Assembly (NCBI GenBank): GCA_964016885.1
Contig: OZ024741.1
Location: forward strand, 86,924,001-86,988,000
Origin: Eledone cirrhosa
Lineage: Eukaryota
Direction: 5' to 3'
DNA length: 64,000 nucleotides
In this document: positions 1 through 16,776 of the stretch, piece after piece
Numbering within the stretch: the stretch's first letter is position 1
How the letters are laid out: each line of letters starts with the position of its first letter
Translations under genes and position numbers: made by a program
The notes under the pieces: generated by a model
Told to the model about the DNA's origin: nothing
What the model saw: only the letters and a program-made list of their open reading frames with translations
The model's database searches: none

Positions 1-55
1 CAGTAATGCACTGGGTAATTGCTGGCCTTGTGCCAAAAGTAGAAACAATTATTTA
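1..55 (+). mobile_element. 3' end of tRNA-derived SINE (truncated by window edge)
   Basis: cagtaatgcactgggtaattgctggccttgtgccaaaagtagaaacaattat matches the 3' end of the SINE copies at 10772-10953, 39930-40118 and 57538-57720. Confidence 0.75.
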
Positions 56-441
56 TTCAAAGTAATCCAACTTACTTTACTAACTGGATTAAAAGAAATA
101 AACCCTACGCAGTCCCGCAGACCTTACTTTATTATAGTTTAGATATAAACGTTATGATATAACGATGCAAATATATAAACGTTTATATAAGCGTTATAAT
201 ATAGCGTCCGTTATATCATAATCGGAAGTATTGACATTTGAAAATCTTAAAAGAAGTGAATCTTAAAATAAGCAATCGTTATATATAAGAATATTTAAGT
301 TTAATCAACAGCTACGAAATTTAGTACATAAATTATGTAATATTCATTCATTATTTATTCAAAGTAATCCGATTTATTTTACAAATGGGATAAAAAAATA
401 TATTCAGGACACAGTCCCGCACTCCTCCCTTTATTATATTA

Positions 442-1175
<734 letters not shown>

Positions 1176-1615
1176 TTAATAAATTAAATAATCAGAGCTA
1201 TATATCATATAACTATATATATATATAAATTAAAATAATATCTAAGCATAGAAATGACTCAACAGGTAGACAAATCAGAGAAACAACTGAGATAGAACTA
1301 AGAAAACCAAAGTTAAACAGTAAGAACGAATGGAATAACAACAACAACCATACCCAAACAAACAATACTGACCTAAGGGAAATATAAATAAATAAATATA
1401 TACACAAGTACAATAACAACAAACACATATAAACACATACTAGTGAACAAAGATAAAATACAAAAACACATACACTCAAACGCATGCGCAAACAGAGACA
1501 GAGACAAGAATAAATAAATAAAATAAAAATGGTGGAGGCATTCAATACAACGGGAGGAAACATAATAGTACCACTGTTGATGTCACAGATGTGTGATGAA
1601 AGAACTTTGATAGAC

Positions 1616-1663
<48 letters not shown>

Positions 1664-1669
<6 letters not shown>

Positions 1670-2647
1670 AAAAGGAAATACACAGATACATGCGAATACA
1701 TACATATACATGCATATACACCATATATCCCTGAATTTATGTGGTGCCAACCTTAACCATTGTTGCTCAATGATTAATAGGGACAAAATAATCTGAATGA
1801 ATTAGATTGACTCAATAGCAGAGCTATATAATACATTATAAAGAAAGAAGAAATATTAGATATAAATAAAAATATATATATACCCAATATTCTTCGACAT
1901 CTTCGACTGCGCAGTTTCGTGGCTACTATGCAAAAACATTACATCATAGAGATGCAGTATTTTGTGAGATTTGCCAACTTATCAAGAGAATACCTCATTT
2001 AAAGTTTCAAAACACGTCCGCAAGGCGTGAGAGAGAATCCCGGAAAGGCGGAGGGGGAACTTATCACGTGATACAGCGGTCAAGAAACAGAGTTAAGCCT
2101 CTTACAACCAAGAGAAAAATACCACAAATGGCGGAGGGGATATATGTGTGTATATTCAGGGATATATGTGTGTATATGCATGTATATGTATGTATTCGCA
2201 TGTATCTGTGTATTTCTTTTTATTGTCTATAACTCCCTAGGGTAGAGTAACCATTGAAGTATAGTGACTGCTGTCAAGATTACACTATTTACACTTCTAG
2301 CCCTCCTTAGCCACCTCGTCTGTAGCCTAGATATTAAAATCCCTCCGCCATTTGTGGTATTTTTCTCTTGGTTGTAAGAGGCTTAACTCTGTTTCTTGAC
2401 CGCTGTATCACGTGATAAGTTCCCCCTCCGCCTTTCCGGGATTCTCTCTCACGCCTTGCGGACGTGTTTTGAAACTTTAAATGAGGTATTCTCTTGATAA
2501 GTTGGCAAACCTCACAAAATACTGCATCTCTATGATGTAGTGTTTTTGCATAGTAGCCACGAAACTGCGCAGTCGAGGATGTCGAAGGATATTGGGTATA
2601 TATATATATTTTTATTTATGTCTAATATTTCTTCTTTCTTTATAATG

Positions 2648-2652
<5 letters not shown>
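1664..2652. repeat. Fold-back inverted repeat element between (TA)n tracts
   Basis: ~1833-2138 is the near-perfect reverse complement of ~2341-2652; a second inverted pair lies at ~1664-1735 and ~2155-2226. Confidence 0.9.
2487..2581 (+). ncRNA. Type I hammerhead ribozyme, U3-A8 core variant (mirror copy 1898-1992, minus strand)
   Basis: Stem I tattctc/gaggatg; core TTGATAA; stem II gttggc..gccac enclosing a long hairpin; GAAA; palindromic stem III A-ctgcgcag-T; GTC cleavage triplet. Confidence 0.7.
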
Positions 2653-2713
<61 letters not shown>

Positions 2714-2877
2714 CTGTATTTTTAACCGTTGGTAAATCAATGATAAACATTGATTGCCAGATAAATTAACTATGGAGATATAAAAGATACAGAAGCGAAA
2801 ACCAACCCAAACTAAACAGTGAGTGTGTTCTGTTATCATTTCTGGTAATATTATAACAATAAGACCCTCCCCAAGTA

Positions 2878-2949
<72 letters not shown>

Positions 2950-3429
2950 GTATATATATATATACACACAGTATATAATGAAATTAGGAAAATTAACAAA
3001 GAGAAGATAACGAACGAAAACAATGCAAAACGAAAAAAACGTTTTTTGAAGGGGAAACCTTAATTTTTTTTTTAATAAAAAAAAGACAAACGAAAGTTGC
3101 AGAACTCCAAGGTCTTCAGTCGTCGAGGTTCACTTCTGTCAGTTTCGACCCCTGCTGATGGTAATGCTGGTCACAGCGTCTGATATATACACGCGAATAA
3201 ATGTTAAGGCACTTTGTGTAATTAGATGATGAAAATTAATTTCATTATGTTATGTAATTACACAAACGTTTGTTAACGTTTATTCATATATCGCTATTAA
3301 GTCGTGTTACACCCGATCCCATATCACTGGTGGATACATACAACCGACGTGGAGTGTTTAATGCCGCTTACACAATAATTTATGGATTGAGATGGTGCAA
3401 ACACAACACATAAATAACCACTTAAATAA

Positions 3430-3476
<47 letters not shown>

Positions 3477-3678
3477 TGTGTGTGTGTGTTTATGTGAATA
3501 TATGTATAAATGTGTGTGCAATTATATATACGGGAATAGTTATTTTATTCGCAGCCACCTGTTATCGGGTTCAGTCAAACTGCGTGGCATTTTAAAGACT
3601 ATTTTGATCAACGCCTTGTGAAAGAAATCTACTACACACACACAATCATATGTATATCAGGAAATTTCATGGAGTTCA

Positions 3679-3768
<90 letters not shown>

Positions 3769-4454
3769 ATAAAATAGAGCGAGAAGGACAAAGACAGCTA
3801 TTACGTAATCGGTTGATATACAAAAGCATATATTTACTAGTATAACCATTTTCTAAAAAAATTATGACAGTTGCATTAATTATAGAGAACGGATTATTAC
3901 TGAAAACAACGGGGGAAACCATTGATAAATTTATGCCTAAATATTTCATATGTTGTTATAATCCATAAATGTATTATCGCTTATCGAAATGATCACCCAC
4001 AATGGTATATAAGTGTATAGACACTTGTGCTGTAAAAAATGACAGCTTGTTACATATAACATATTTTTACTTGGTCACTCGCTTAATGTTAAGTAGGTAT
4101 CACCTTATGGTCAGGTCAGGCTTCTGCCTCCTACTGATATCATGTAACCTGCTTCATGGTCGAGTGTTTGTAGACCCTACCGGCTCTCCAATCAGAACTT
4201 GATTTAGTGAGGAAAAGAAGTGGAACCCCAGAAGCTGTCAACAGTCATCCACCCCAACTATGCGTTAAATAGTCTCACCAATTAGCAAAGTGTGGTGAGT
4301 ACGGCTATACTCCTGACATGACCAAACCAAACCGAAAGCAGTGGAGGTCAACCAGGGAGGGATTCCTTCAACAGGAGTGAGAAGGCTCTGGTTTAGATTG
4401 GATGTATCGTCTTCATTTTTTAAATACCATTTCAAAATAAACTAGGTAATATAT

Positions 4455-4585
4455 GTTTGTAGTAAGGTAGTCGTTAGAAAGTTGAATATTTGTTCAGGAT
4501 CTTTGTGTTCTGAATTCAAACCCAGTCAAAGTCTTCTTTGTCATTCATTCTTTTGGGGTCGACAAAGAATGTACCATTCCAGCTG
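4455..4585 (+). mobile_element. Degraded SINE
   Basis: B-box-like gaattcaaaccc followed by tcattcattcttttggggtcgacaaagaatgtacc, resembling the central domain of the other SINE copies. Confidence 0.5.
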
Positions 4586-4925
4586 TCATATCCTGGATGT
4601 TCCGCTGGTAGTAAAGGAATGAGGGTCCAGAAGGTATGTATGTCTGCTCGCAACTGCGTGGGCACTGGGCACCTAAAACCCTTAGCAAAATAATTGCACA
4701 TACTGCCAAGTCATATTCGATTGCGATTGACGGTTGTGAGTTTTTATTTTAGATGACTGTAGTAAACACATCAGCAAAAATATTACTGGGACCCTCACAA
4801 TATCGGTAACTTAGCTACCTGCAATAAATGTTGCACTACGTAAATGTTTTATATTCCGTAATAAAGTGTAATGCGATAACACACACATACACACACATAT
4901 ACATATATAAATATATATACATATA

Positions 4926-4973
<48 letters not shown>

Positions 4974-5743
4974 CGAATATATGGTAAAATTTGAAAAAAG
5001 TGGTGCAATTAAAAATGAAACAAGATTACCTTTCCTTAATTATCGGAACGAATAGATTTCATTTTAGTGTTGATAATTTTGACCTCCACTCCAATAATAT
5101 GCTAATTAAATATTTATATTGTAATTAGTACCATTTGTTTTTTAATTAAATAATTCTAAGTTAGATAAAGGTTTTGTTTTCTTGTAATGTACTTTCTTTC
5201 GAAATGAAATTATCTTCACATATATGAAGCGTTAAGTATTCTGTTGACATTTAAAAGCATTAGTTGTTAAGCCATTTATAGTGATCTTGGTTTAGTTTCA
5301 AATTATTAACAATGGAATTCAATTACAGATGCAAGCATATATTGACATATAAAAATCTGATGTGGGGAGACTAAAAAAATCCAAGTTTACGTTTTAAAAA
5401 ATCCTCGCTAAAACTTAAGTTATTTGTTTAGGTAATTAATCAATGTCAAAATAAGAGTCTTCAGCAAGCAAAAATATAATGTGAATTATTATATGTGGTT
5501 AAGACATCTGCAGGTACGACCTAAGGCAGAAAACAGATCCTACCACAAGAATGGGAGAACACATTTATTGCTTCTCAGGATATTGTAGGAGCCATTATAT
5601 GTAATAAGTCCTGCAAATCCTGCCTGTCGAAATTATTACCTATTAAGAATTTACTGAATATGCTAACACGATTATCACTACTTATATAGAATGTTAATTA
5701 CAGACATTTAAAAAGTCATTCAACTGGCAGCAGATACAAAAGA

Positions 5744-5798
<55 letters not shown>

Positions 5799-6632
5799 AA
5801 ATACAAAATACAAAATATAAAACAATCAAATTTTTGTTTAATGCATTTAATTGCTGATTTCCTTCGAATGAAACAGTTCTGGTCATGTAGAAGCCATTTC
5901 TATATTAAACATTATATACTCTACTATGTATTGAGTACCTAACTTACTGTGGTTACCCCCGATTGAACCCAGGATACACACCTCTCTGTCTCTCTTTCTC
6001 TCTACACATATATATATGTATATATGTATATGTATATCTATATCTATATCTAGATATACTAGAGTGCTTAAAATTATTTGTGACTAATCCCGGTCTTTAA
6101 AAAAAAAAAAACCGCGATAATATTGCTATTTTGCTGAACTCCTTACATTTTGTAGAGTTTTTTTCAGAATGTTTTTTGAGTGCTGTTTCCTGTAAACAGA
6201 CATTCGTCTCATTCTGACGTCACCAGCCATGTCTCTCCATGTGCGTTTATTTTCATAATTACGCATGAGGTGAACTAGCCTGCTTTTAAATTCCCTTTTT
6301 GGCATATTCTAACAGTGAGCTTGGGTTATCGTGTTTCAGCTAAACTGATGAACGATTCCAACCGTGACCATCCACACTGAAAGTTTCGTGAAGTAGTCTT
6401 TTAAAGACTATATAGAGCATTTTTAGTTTTTCCAAATTGAAGGATGAGTATTTAAATTTTATTTTATTCAGAGTTAAGGCTCTATTGATTTTTTCCTGTA
6501 TTTCACAAAATTGTGTGGATAAATCTGTCTTGATTTTTTAAAAATTGAGTTTGAATTAATATCCCACATCTTACGTTAATTAATTTTCCATTTTGACGTT
6601 ATAGTCACTTATATATATTATGAAATACTGTT

Positions 6633-6703
<71 letters not shown>

Positions 6704-6717
6704 CATACATACATACA

Positions 6718-6808
<91 letters not shown>

Positions 6809-7080
6809 GAGGAAGTTATAGTTCACTTGAAGCATTGTGTAATGAGGTATAAACGTTTGTATATGTATAATAAAGCCAAGCTATTGCCACTTGGCAGGCT
6901 ATTTAAAACACTGGTTTAACCGCTTTACTTCCCTCCAAAGAACAGATATTATCTCGAAAATTAAGGACATTTAAATAAATCTAAGGTAAAAGACTAACTG
7001 ACAACAATATCTTTTGCATTTGCATTCTTTATTCTATGTCCATACCTGCATTGTTTTGGCTTTATTATACATATACAAAC

Positions 7081-7790
<710 letters not shown>

Positions 7791-7894
7791 ATAATAATAA
7801 AATTGAAGACTAAAATTCAGAGAGGGCTCGATAAGGAAAATATATATCAAATATATAAGAACCGAAGAGCAAATATAAGGTTGTAACACCCACG

Positions 7895-8245
7895 TCCCGT
7901 AGGGCCTACATAGGGTTAACCGCCAATAGTTTCAAGCAGCGTCTTTACATGCATACCCATTCTTTTCGTTACCCTCTAAGAAGGAATATGACGTCACTTT
8001 CAGCTTATATCTGGAGTCTAAAAGACAACCACACCCAATATAAGTTACACTGGGAGATCCTAGCTAGGGCTAGATCGTATAACGGAAATAAAAGACCATG
8101 TGACCTCTGCGCCGCTGAGACCCTGGAAATACTCTACGCCACAGACAACATCTTAAACAAAAAATCTGAGGCAATTTCGGCTTGTAAACATAAATTGCAC
8201 AAAACTTTCCTGTATTACAACCCTACGTTATACCCTAACGGATAG
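7895..8245 (+). pseudogene. PLE GIY-YIG endonuclease C-terminal fragment (3' UTR/pLTR continues to ~9240)
   Basis: YIGLTANSFKQRLYMH...TSLSAYIWSLK...WEIL...CDLCAAETLEI...LNKKSEAISACKH. Confidence 0.85.
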
Positions 8246-9234
8246 CACGATCTATACGTGGATATTTACGTCTTGATGTGGGAGCTAAGTATATGTTTTG
8301 TTTATTCCTTTACTTTTTGCATAGGTAAGTATATATTACCCGTCTGTTTTGTGAAGGTATGTATACCTTCTCGTACGTATATTTGACTGTTTTGGCGTAT
8401 AATTTTTACATATTCTGGTATTTAGGGCTTGGTTATGTGTATATGGGAGTTTTGCGTCTGCGTGAGTATGCAGGTTCGTACGTATGGTGGGTGTGTGTAT
8501 ATGTGTACTTCTTGTTTTAGTTGACTTACGTCTCCGAACCTTCATGTATTTATTTGTAGGTATGTGTGTGCGCTTGTTATATACGTATTTATTTACTTAT
8601 ATACGTTTATATAATTATTTATTTATTTGTACACAAGCATACACACATGCACATATTTATATGTGCGTGGTTTTGTATACCTATGGTAAGGTTTTGCGTA
8701 TGCTTGTGTATGTACATATCTGTTTGCGTGTATGTATTTATTTGTTCCTATTACTTCTGTATTGTATTTATTTGCTTTGTTCTTAACTCTGTAGCGGAGA
8801 TTCATTCGGTCTCCTAGTTAGAATTTTAGTCTACGACTTCTGCTATACCATTTACGTGGTTTTGTCTTTGCACGCTATTGTTCTCCACGCTCCACATATG
8901 ACTTATTATCTTCGTTTTTTCGTTCATTGCCAGAGAACGTCTCTATGCACCACTTAGAGAACATTAGTCTACGACCTCTTTTATACCATAAACGTGGTTC
9001 TGTCCTTGCACGTAATTGTTTTTCACCGCTCCTATTAATGACGTATTTTTCGTTTTTTCCCGTTCTTTGCCAGCGAACGTCACCATGAACCAAAGTATCG
9101 TCTTCCTGTCTTCCTCCGGTTGCAACGTTTTTTGAAATATCCAGTTCTGCGTTTACAGATTGACTTTGTTAGTTTCAGAAGATCCCATTAAGGGTGAAAG
9201 CAGCGATTCTTTGCTTAAACTTTAATCTGTTATT

Positions 9235-9317
<83 letters not shown>

Positions 9318-9659
9318 TTAAAATTAATTTTAATTTTAATTTTGTTGTAATTTTGATATTGATCTTGACTTTGAATTTGAATTGCTCTACGGAAGTAATA
9401 TAATATAATATATGTCACTCCACTGTACATCAATATATACATATGTATCTGTATGTCTCTTGCGTTGGAAAGAAGGTCAATCATGTGTACAAACATTGAA
9501 AAATGCTCCGAAGACTCCAAGCCTGTTCACAAACATCGTATTTAAAATTGAGTGGCACTGTTTCTAGTGTTCAGCAATTTTTAGACATCTTTATCAGTGA
9601 AACAATTGTTAGATTGTAAATAAATCCCCTTTTTTGTACCCTTGACCATGTTATTCTCC

Positions 9660-9692
<33 letters not shown>

Positions 9693-9696
<4 letters not shown>

Positions 9697-10161
9697 GGGT
9701 ATGCCAGACTCAATTTAAGAATTCTTGCTCATCAGTGGGTGAAGAATTATTAGTATCCTGGTCACTTCTAAGTATATTAAAAAACTTTATTGTAAGAGAC
9801 TGTTTTGAGTTTCTAACTCAATATATGCCTTTGATATATTCGGCTCCGCTAATTCGTCGAGCTAATTCAAATGTCGAGTAAACCCGGCTGCTATTTTTAG
9901 TGGGGTGAGTTTGCGAGACACGCTAAGTTCAGATACCATGTGCGTTGTTATATATACGCACACTATTCAGTTTTTTAATTGTCTTAGAAGTGACCAGCAT
10001 ACTAATAATTCTTCACCCGCTGATGAGCAAGAATTGGTATTCCTCTTCATAATTGATATTGCGAAACAGTATTATCAAAGCTGTCCGGGTGATTGGTAGT
10101 TACCACAATTCTGGTTTGTATTTACTTTCTTGATTTATTCTTAAATTGAGTCTGGCAAACC

Positions 10162-10166
<5 letters not shown>
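9693..10166. repeat. Fold-back element between (TA)n tracts
   Basis: Terminal inverted arms gggtatgccagactcaatttaagaat / attcttaaattgagtctggcaaaccc; inner arms ~9720-9800 and ~9965-10040. Confidence 0.85.
10014..10091 (+). ncRNA. Canonical type I hammerhead ribozyme with true stem III
   Basis: cacccg CTGATGA gcaa...ttgc GAAA cagt-attatcaaa-gctg TC cgggtg; all three stems pair, the core is intact and the cleavage triplet is GUC. Confidence 0.9.
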
Positions 10167-10226
<60 letters not shown>

Positions 10227-10344
10227 AAATATAAATAATCAAAAATTGGTTGAGATATCAAAAATTCGTTGAGATATGCCCAGAAGAGTTAAAGCTCAAT
10301 GTGTTTCTAGAATACATAAATAGAACGATTTAGTTCATCTAAGG

Positions 10345-10633
10345 TGCGTTTCTCAACCTTTTTACCTTTGTGGAACCCTTGAAATAGTTTTCATATCTCA
10401 AGGAACCCCTGCATAAAAAATTATTATATACCATTATGTAACTCTTATATTTTTATCGCAGGTCCCGTGGTAAACACAATATGTGTGGTAAAAAGAAGAC
10501 GTGTATAGTAAAATTACAAATATATAATTAATCAAATATTACTAAAAAAATGCATTAGATTATTTATCACTGTTTCTCGCAGAACCTCTAGCAGAAAACT
10601 AGGGTTCCGGGGAACACCGGTTGAGAAACACTG
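10345..10633. mobile_element. hAT-type MITE
   Basis: TIRs tgcgtttctcaacc / ggttgagaaacactg; flanking 8-mers atctaagg / atctaaag look like an imperfect 8-bp TSD. Confidence 0.7.
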
Positions 10634-10771
10634 ATCTAAAGTGGAATCCATAGTGTAAATTAATTCAAAGTATTTTACAAGAGTAAAACAAATTAGAAAC
10701 ACTGATACACAGACAGACATATACACAGCTTGACAGCCAGGTGGCAATTTGTTCAGAAGAAAATTACAAAT

Positions 10772-10953
10772 ATAATTGTTTCTACTTTTGGCACAAAGCC
10801 AGCAATTACCCCAGTGCATTACTGGTACTTTATTTTATTGACCCCGTAAGGATGAAAGGTAAAGTTAACCTCGGCTGGATTTGAACTCAGAATGGCAAGG
10901 GCCGTAACTCTATGCGTCAAAGCATGGCGTCCGACCCTCTACCGATACTGCCA
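10772..10953 (-). mobile_element. tRNA-derived SINE
   Basis: Minus strand A-box TGGCAGTATCGG, B-box GAGTTCAAATCC, then cctttcatccttacggggtcaataaaataaagtacc (Deu/Nin-like central domain); several copies in window. Confidence 0.85.
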
Positions 10954-11139
10954 AATATAATGTCGTTGATAAACAGTCAACAATTTAAAAATAATAATCA
11001 ATACTACAAATGTTCACACACATACACATGTACACCAGGTCCGAACACAGAGGAATCAAACTCCCAATGTCAACACCTCAGTCTTTCCCGTCCTTCCCAT
11101 CTCTCTCTATTATGAGCAAATAGGGTTCCACGCGCTGGC

Positions 11140-11435
11140 CCCACGGCCCCGGCGAACAGAAGGCGTTTCCCCGGAGGATGGTGAAGTAGATGCATAGGAA
11201 GAGCCATTCCATCTCGCGAGGCTCACACCTGTAGGCTAGTGAGCTCTGCGCCTATGGTGGTGAATAGGGAGGTGGTCCTAGTGTCAAGGACACCAGAAGT
11301 TTCCACTGCTAGAGGCTCGACTGCAAACCTGTCGGAGAACAACCGACATTTGGAGAGTTTACCCTCCACAGCCCGAAGTGCAGCAGAGCCTGGGTTAGTC
11401 TCAGACTGGACCAGGTTTCCGCTGGAGAATGCCAG
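11140..11435 (-). pseudogene. Non-LTR retrotransposon C-terminal restriction-like endonuclease fragment (CRE-like)
   Basis: PGSAALRAVEGKLSK...FAVEPLAVETSGVL...IGAEL, followed by ILRGNA. Confidence 0.65.
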
Positions 11436-11447
11436 GTAGCTAGCTAG

Positions 11448-11501
<54 letters not shown>

Positions 11502-11654
11502 CGAAGGAGTTGTGGTAAGGAACCAGATGAGCTCTGCCGTCGGGGTCATACTTTTTCCAACGTTGCCGTGAGCGCTACATTATCTGTATGATGTGGAAAA
11601 TATTCCATCAGCTTTGTCCAAATGATGTTGGCATCACCTTTAGTGTACACCCAA

Positions 11655-12009
11655 GGCTTAGGCCCCCGTGCTATCCGCCCACGACAAAAATCTCACTCGT
11701 ATCACATAACAACAATACGGCACAATTATTTCACCTCAATTGGCCCTGCACTCTTTAACATTACACCAAAACACATCAAAGCAGAGACAGACCCCATCAA
11801 GTTCAATAAGTCTTTGGATAATTTCCTTCAAGAAATCCCGGATAAGCCTCCTACACCCGGATATGCCTCCGTAAACAATAACTCTCTGCTCGAGTGGGCC
11901 ATGGTGCCCAAACATTGATTTGTAAGACTTCGCCAGGTGGTGCTATTAAGTTAGACATGGCCTGGGCCAATACTGGCCGAAACCCATCAAAGTTATAAAG
12001 TTATCTAAG

Positions 12010-12010
<1 letters not shown>
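11655..12010 (+). pseudogene. LINE ORF2 C-terminus and 3' UTR (RTEX-like, clade tentative)
   Basis: GPALFNITPKHIK...FNKSLDNFLQEIPDKPPTPGY...NNSL, then a short repetitive tail into (TA)n. Confidence 0.65.
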
Positions 12011-12086
<76 letters not shown>

Positions 12087-12117
12087 CACATATATATATA
12101 TATATATACATACATAC

Positions 12118-13440
<1,323 letters not shown>

Positions 13441-13908
13441 CCAGCTAAATCCTTTAAAAGTTATCCTCATAAAATTCCGAAGTTTAGAAATGTTAAAACA
13501 CTTATTGAATTTACAAAACTAATAAATAACCTGCAATTTAACCCCCCCCCCCCCAAACCTAAAATCTTGATTCTTCACCCTAAAATAGCATAAATTAAAT
13601 ATTTTCAAACTTAACCGTTTAACTTTCGGAAAATCTCCTTCTACATATATTCCCTCTCTCTCTATATATTATCTCAGCGGCTCTCATTGACCGCTTTCCC
13701 TGATAAATTGTAGTATCATACATTTTAAAATCTCTATAACTGTTACAATAAGCAACGTTTTTCTTACTCACACATTCTCTATTGAATTTATTACGTTTTC
13801 GCATCTTCTCATTATTAGGGTATAAATGTTAAACTTTCTCTTAGGTTAATCACTACCTTGATTAAATCTTAACCATTTAACATCTCAGGGTATGTCATGT
13901 ATCATTAT

Positions 13909-13961
13909 ATTTTGTCTGATGAGGACGTACTGTTGTACATCTGAAATATGTATAATAAAAT
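13909..13961 (+). ncRNA. Type I hammerhead ribozyme (duplicate at ~23986-24038)
   Basis: attttgt CTGATGA ggacgtac tgtt gtacatct GAAA tatgta TA ataaaat. Confidence 0.7.
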
Positions 13962-14097
13962 GTAATTGATAAAAAGAACATCTATTTTATTAATATTTGT
14001 ATTTTAATATTAACTCTGGAAAATTATTTTCCATAGAGTTCTTCCAATCTACTGTAAAACTCATTCTTCGATATACTCATTGAATATTGTTTAACTC

Positions 14098-14147
<50 letters not shown>

Positions 14148-14149
<2 letters not shown>

Positions 14150-14191
14150 TTGAGCCACAAAGTGACCCGTTGCAAAACACGTATATGTATG

Positions 14192-14242
<51 letters not shown>

Positions 14243-14787
14243 TTTTATATGTAATAATCTCCCATTAGGTTGAGATACAAATTTGGCTGTATTGTGCTCT
14301 GCTTTCTAGGAAAAAGCCACCAGCCGTAAGCAACTATCACCCTCTTTCCAACGTGACCGCTGCTACGTCACGATTCTTAGCCATTTTTGAATGAATTCTT
14401 GGCGCGATCACTTTTGAAAATTTAATGTCTGGATCGGAGCAAATCTCCTGATGAGTTTGATGCTCGAGTTCCAAAGTTATTGGAAATCTCAGAATGCGGA
14501 CGAAACCATGGTAGAGGTTTTTAAATGTATTCTATTTTCTCCTAGTTTATTTTACTCCTAATTCTGTTTAATTGACTGTATCTGGGCGATTACGCTGTCG
14601 AAATATTCGATAAATAGTCCGTCGTGGCCGACGCGAAGGGCTAGTTTCGGTTATTTGTTGGAGATTTCTTCATAGAAGCCTTATTCTTATAGCCTGGTCT
14701 ATTCGATTTTTTATATAGTTAATTATGCTAATTGGGAGAGGAAATGGTATATATTTTATCTGGTGATTCTATAGACATGTTTTATGA
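14148..14787 (+). mobile_element. ~640 bp non-coding HHR-bearing repeat
   Basis: Homologous to 547-1175; flanked on both sides by (TA)n. Confidence 0.8.
14441..14520 (+). ncRNA. Type I hammerhead ribozyme with long stem II (duplicate ~24518-24597)
   Basis: aaatctc CTGATGA gtttg..gagttccaa..ttggaaatctc..cggac GAAA ccatgg TA gaggttt; stem III ACCATGGT is palindromic. Confidence 0.8.
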
Positions 14788-15137
14788 TATATATATATAT
14801 ATATATATATATGACAACACACACACAAAAACAAGATGGCGTAGGACAGAACAAAGGAGAGGCACAAAAAACAAAGAAAAGAATCCCCAGTCATTTAAGA
14901 TGTCACAGAATGTGTGACGAAAGAACTTTGACAATATATAAACAACCATCTGGTTGTGGAACCAACCAACCAACCGGATATTTATAAATTCCTAAATTTA
15001 TAAATTTATTATAATAAATTGAAGTGAAAGCAACTGGTGCGTGTGTTTCTTATTGGCAACATGACCCTCCCAAAGTATAACAATATATATATATATATAT
15101 GAAGAAGAAATTAAAAGATGGTTAAAAGATTTCCATA

Positions 15138-15206
15138 TATTTTATATGCGCATTTCGAATACAAAATCATCCTGGGACAAAAATTGTGTTCTCATCAGAT
15201 AAAATA
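15138..15206 (-). ncRNA. Hammerhead motif, probably lacking position 17
   Basis: Minus: attttat CTGATGA gaacacaa...ttgtattc GAAA tgcgca T ataaaat. Confidence 0.55.
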
Positions 15207-15257
15207 AGGTAACACGATATGAGGCATAATACCACTTGTTTACAGGAAAGTGCTAAG

Positions 15258-15361
<104 letters not shown>

Positions 15362-15575
15362 AAATTATATATATATATATATATATAATTAGGATTTAGC
15401 TTCATGCATAGCTGTATACAGATATGTATTGAAATTTCGTATTTTTAAAGAAATACGATATGTTTATAGATAAACATTTAGAAAGCCGTAGCAATGCAAA
15501 ACACCAGAGCTATCGCCCTCTGTGAAATGACAGGAGGCCAAAAATGGTGAATTTCCTTAATTTTGTATATCTGCA

Positions 15576-15634
15576 AACACTATGCACATTTCAGAGGACA
15601 GGTTGCGTTAGCACCCGGTGACCTCATCAGGTGT
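15576..15634 (-). ncRNA. Type I hammerhead ribozyme
   Basis: Minus: acac CTGATGA ggtcaccgggtgc taac gcaacctgtcctct GAAA tgtgca TA gtgt. Confidence 0.65.
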
Positions 15635-16511
15635 AAGTTGCATAATAGATGGAATGATGGTAAACTTTCAAGAAACAAGCAAAGAAAAAACAAGAGGAAA
15701 AAGTGTGTGTTTATGTTTTTGACTCACAGACGGGCATAGTATTATACTGCCATATTGCTCCCCCGTCTCTGAGTGAAGTTATTTTTAACAAATCTTTTCC
15801 TGATAGTTTGCTATGCGACTAGTGGGATGTATAGTTTACTTGGCGAATCAATACTACCCCTCAACTCCAACAGCTTTCGGACAGCAGGCCGGAGAGGGGG
15901 AGGGTGAAGAATATCGTGTTACAGAGGATAGTAATTTGCCTGGGTCAAGCTAAGGTCTGTGCACTCATGGAAAGTATACAACATACGAGGGCGGGGCAGG
16001 AACCTATCAAGTAGAGAAAAGATTCCGGCTAGAAATGCATAGAAGTTAGAGTTAGGGTTAATTTTAGGAATTGAAAATTAAAACTGAGAGTTTAAATAAG
16101 TAGACCAGTTACATTAATGATTCTAATTATAGAGTTGTGTAAATCAGGGACCTAATAAAACAAATAACAAAACTAAGCTAAGTTAATATCCGCTTCGGAT
16201 TCCTCTCATAGTTCAATGTTATATTATATTACGTTAGTAGTAAGGTATGGCGGTTAACAATAACTGAAGATGGCGACCCCCCACACAGGGCCCAAAGGTC
16301 CACTGGCCCTTCCGAGTAATTACGGTTTACTGTAGAAAAGGGAAATTTAGTTTATTTCCAAGCACTCAAGGAGGTGGACAGACCCAGTCGCCCGAGTGCT
16401 GCTAGAAGGGCATCCATAGCCAGCTGGTGTCGTAATATGACATGTATCCGTAGCCATCCAAGCTAGTGAAGTTAGTACTAAAGTCGAGAAGCATAAACAA
16501 AAGTATATATC

Positions 16512-16618
<107 letters not shown>

Positions 16619-16776
16619 CACACACACATATATATATATGTATATATATATATCAAAGGTATATATTGAGTTAGAAACTCAAAATAGTCTCTTACAATAA
16701 AATAGCTCTAGGAAAGAGATTTTTCCGAGTCGTATATTATAATTGAATATAAAAGAAAGACAAACACAGATATATA

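Noticed and set aside
6170-6610. Possible DNA transposon end
   Set aside because: No partner TIR, TSD or transposase motif found
9170-9215. cagaaga tccc atta agggt gaaa gcagc, HHR-like motif at the end of a PLE UTR
   Set aside because: Core U4 is mutated and there is no convincing stem I or cleavage triplet; at most a relic
10860-10953. tRNA gene
   Set aside because: A/B boxes are present but there is no cloverleaf, and the sequence continues into a SINE body; it is a SINE head
14885-14932. HHR homologue in a pLTR copy (also 1570-1612)
   Set aside because: Cores TTTAAGA and CTGTTGA have non-compensated changes, so they are treated as dead copies of 17679-17723
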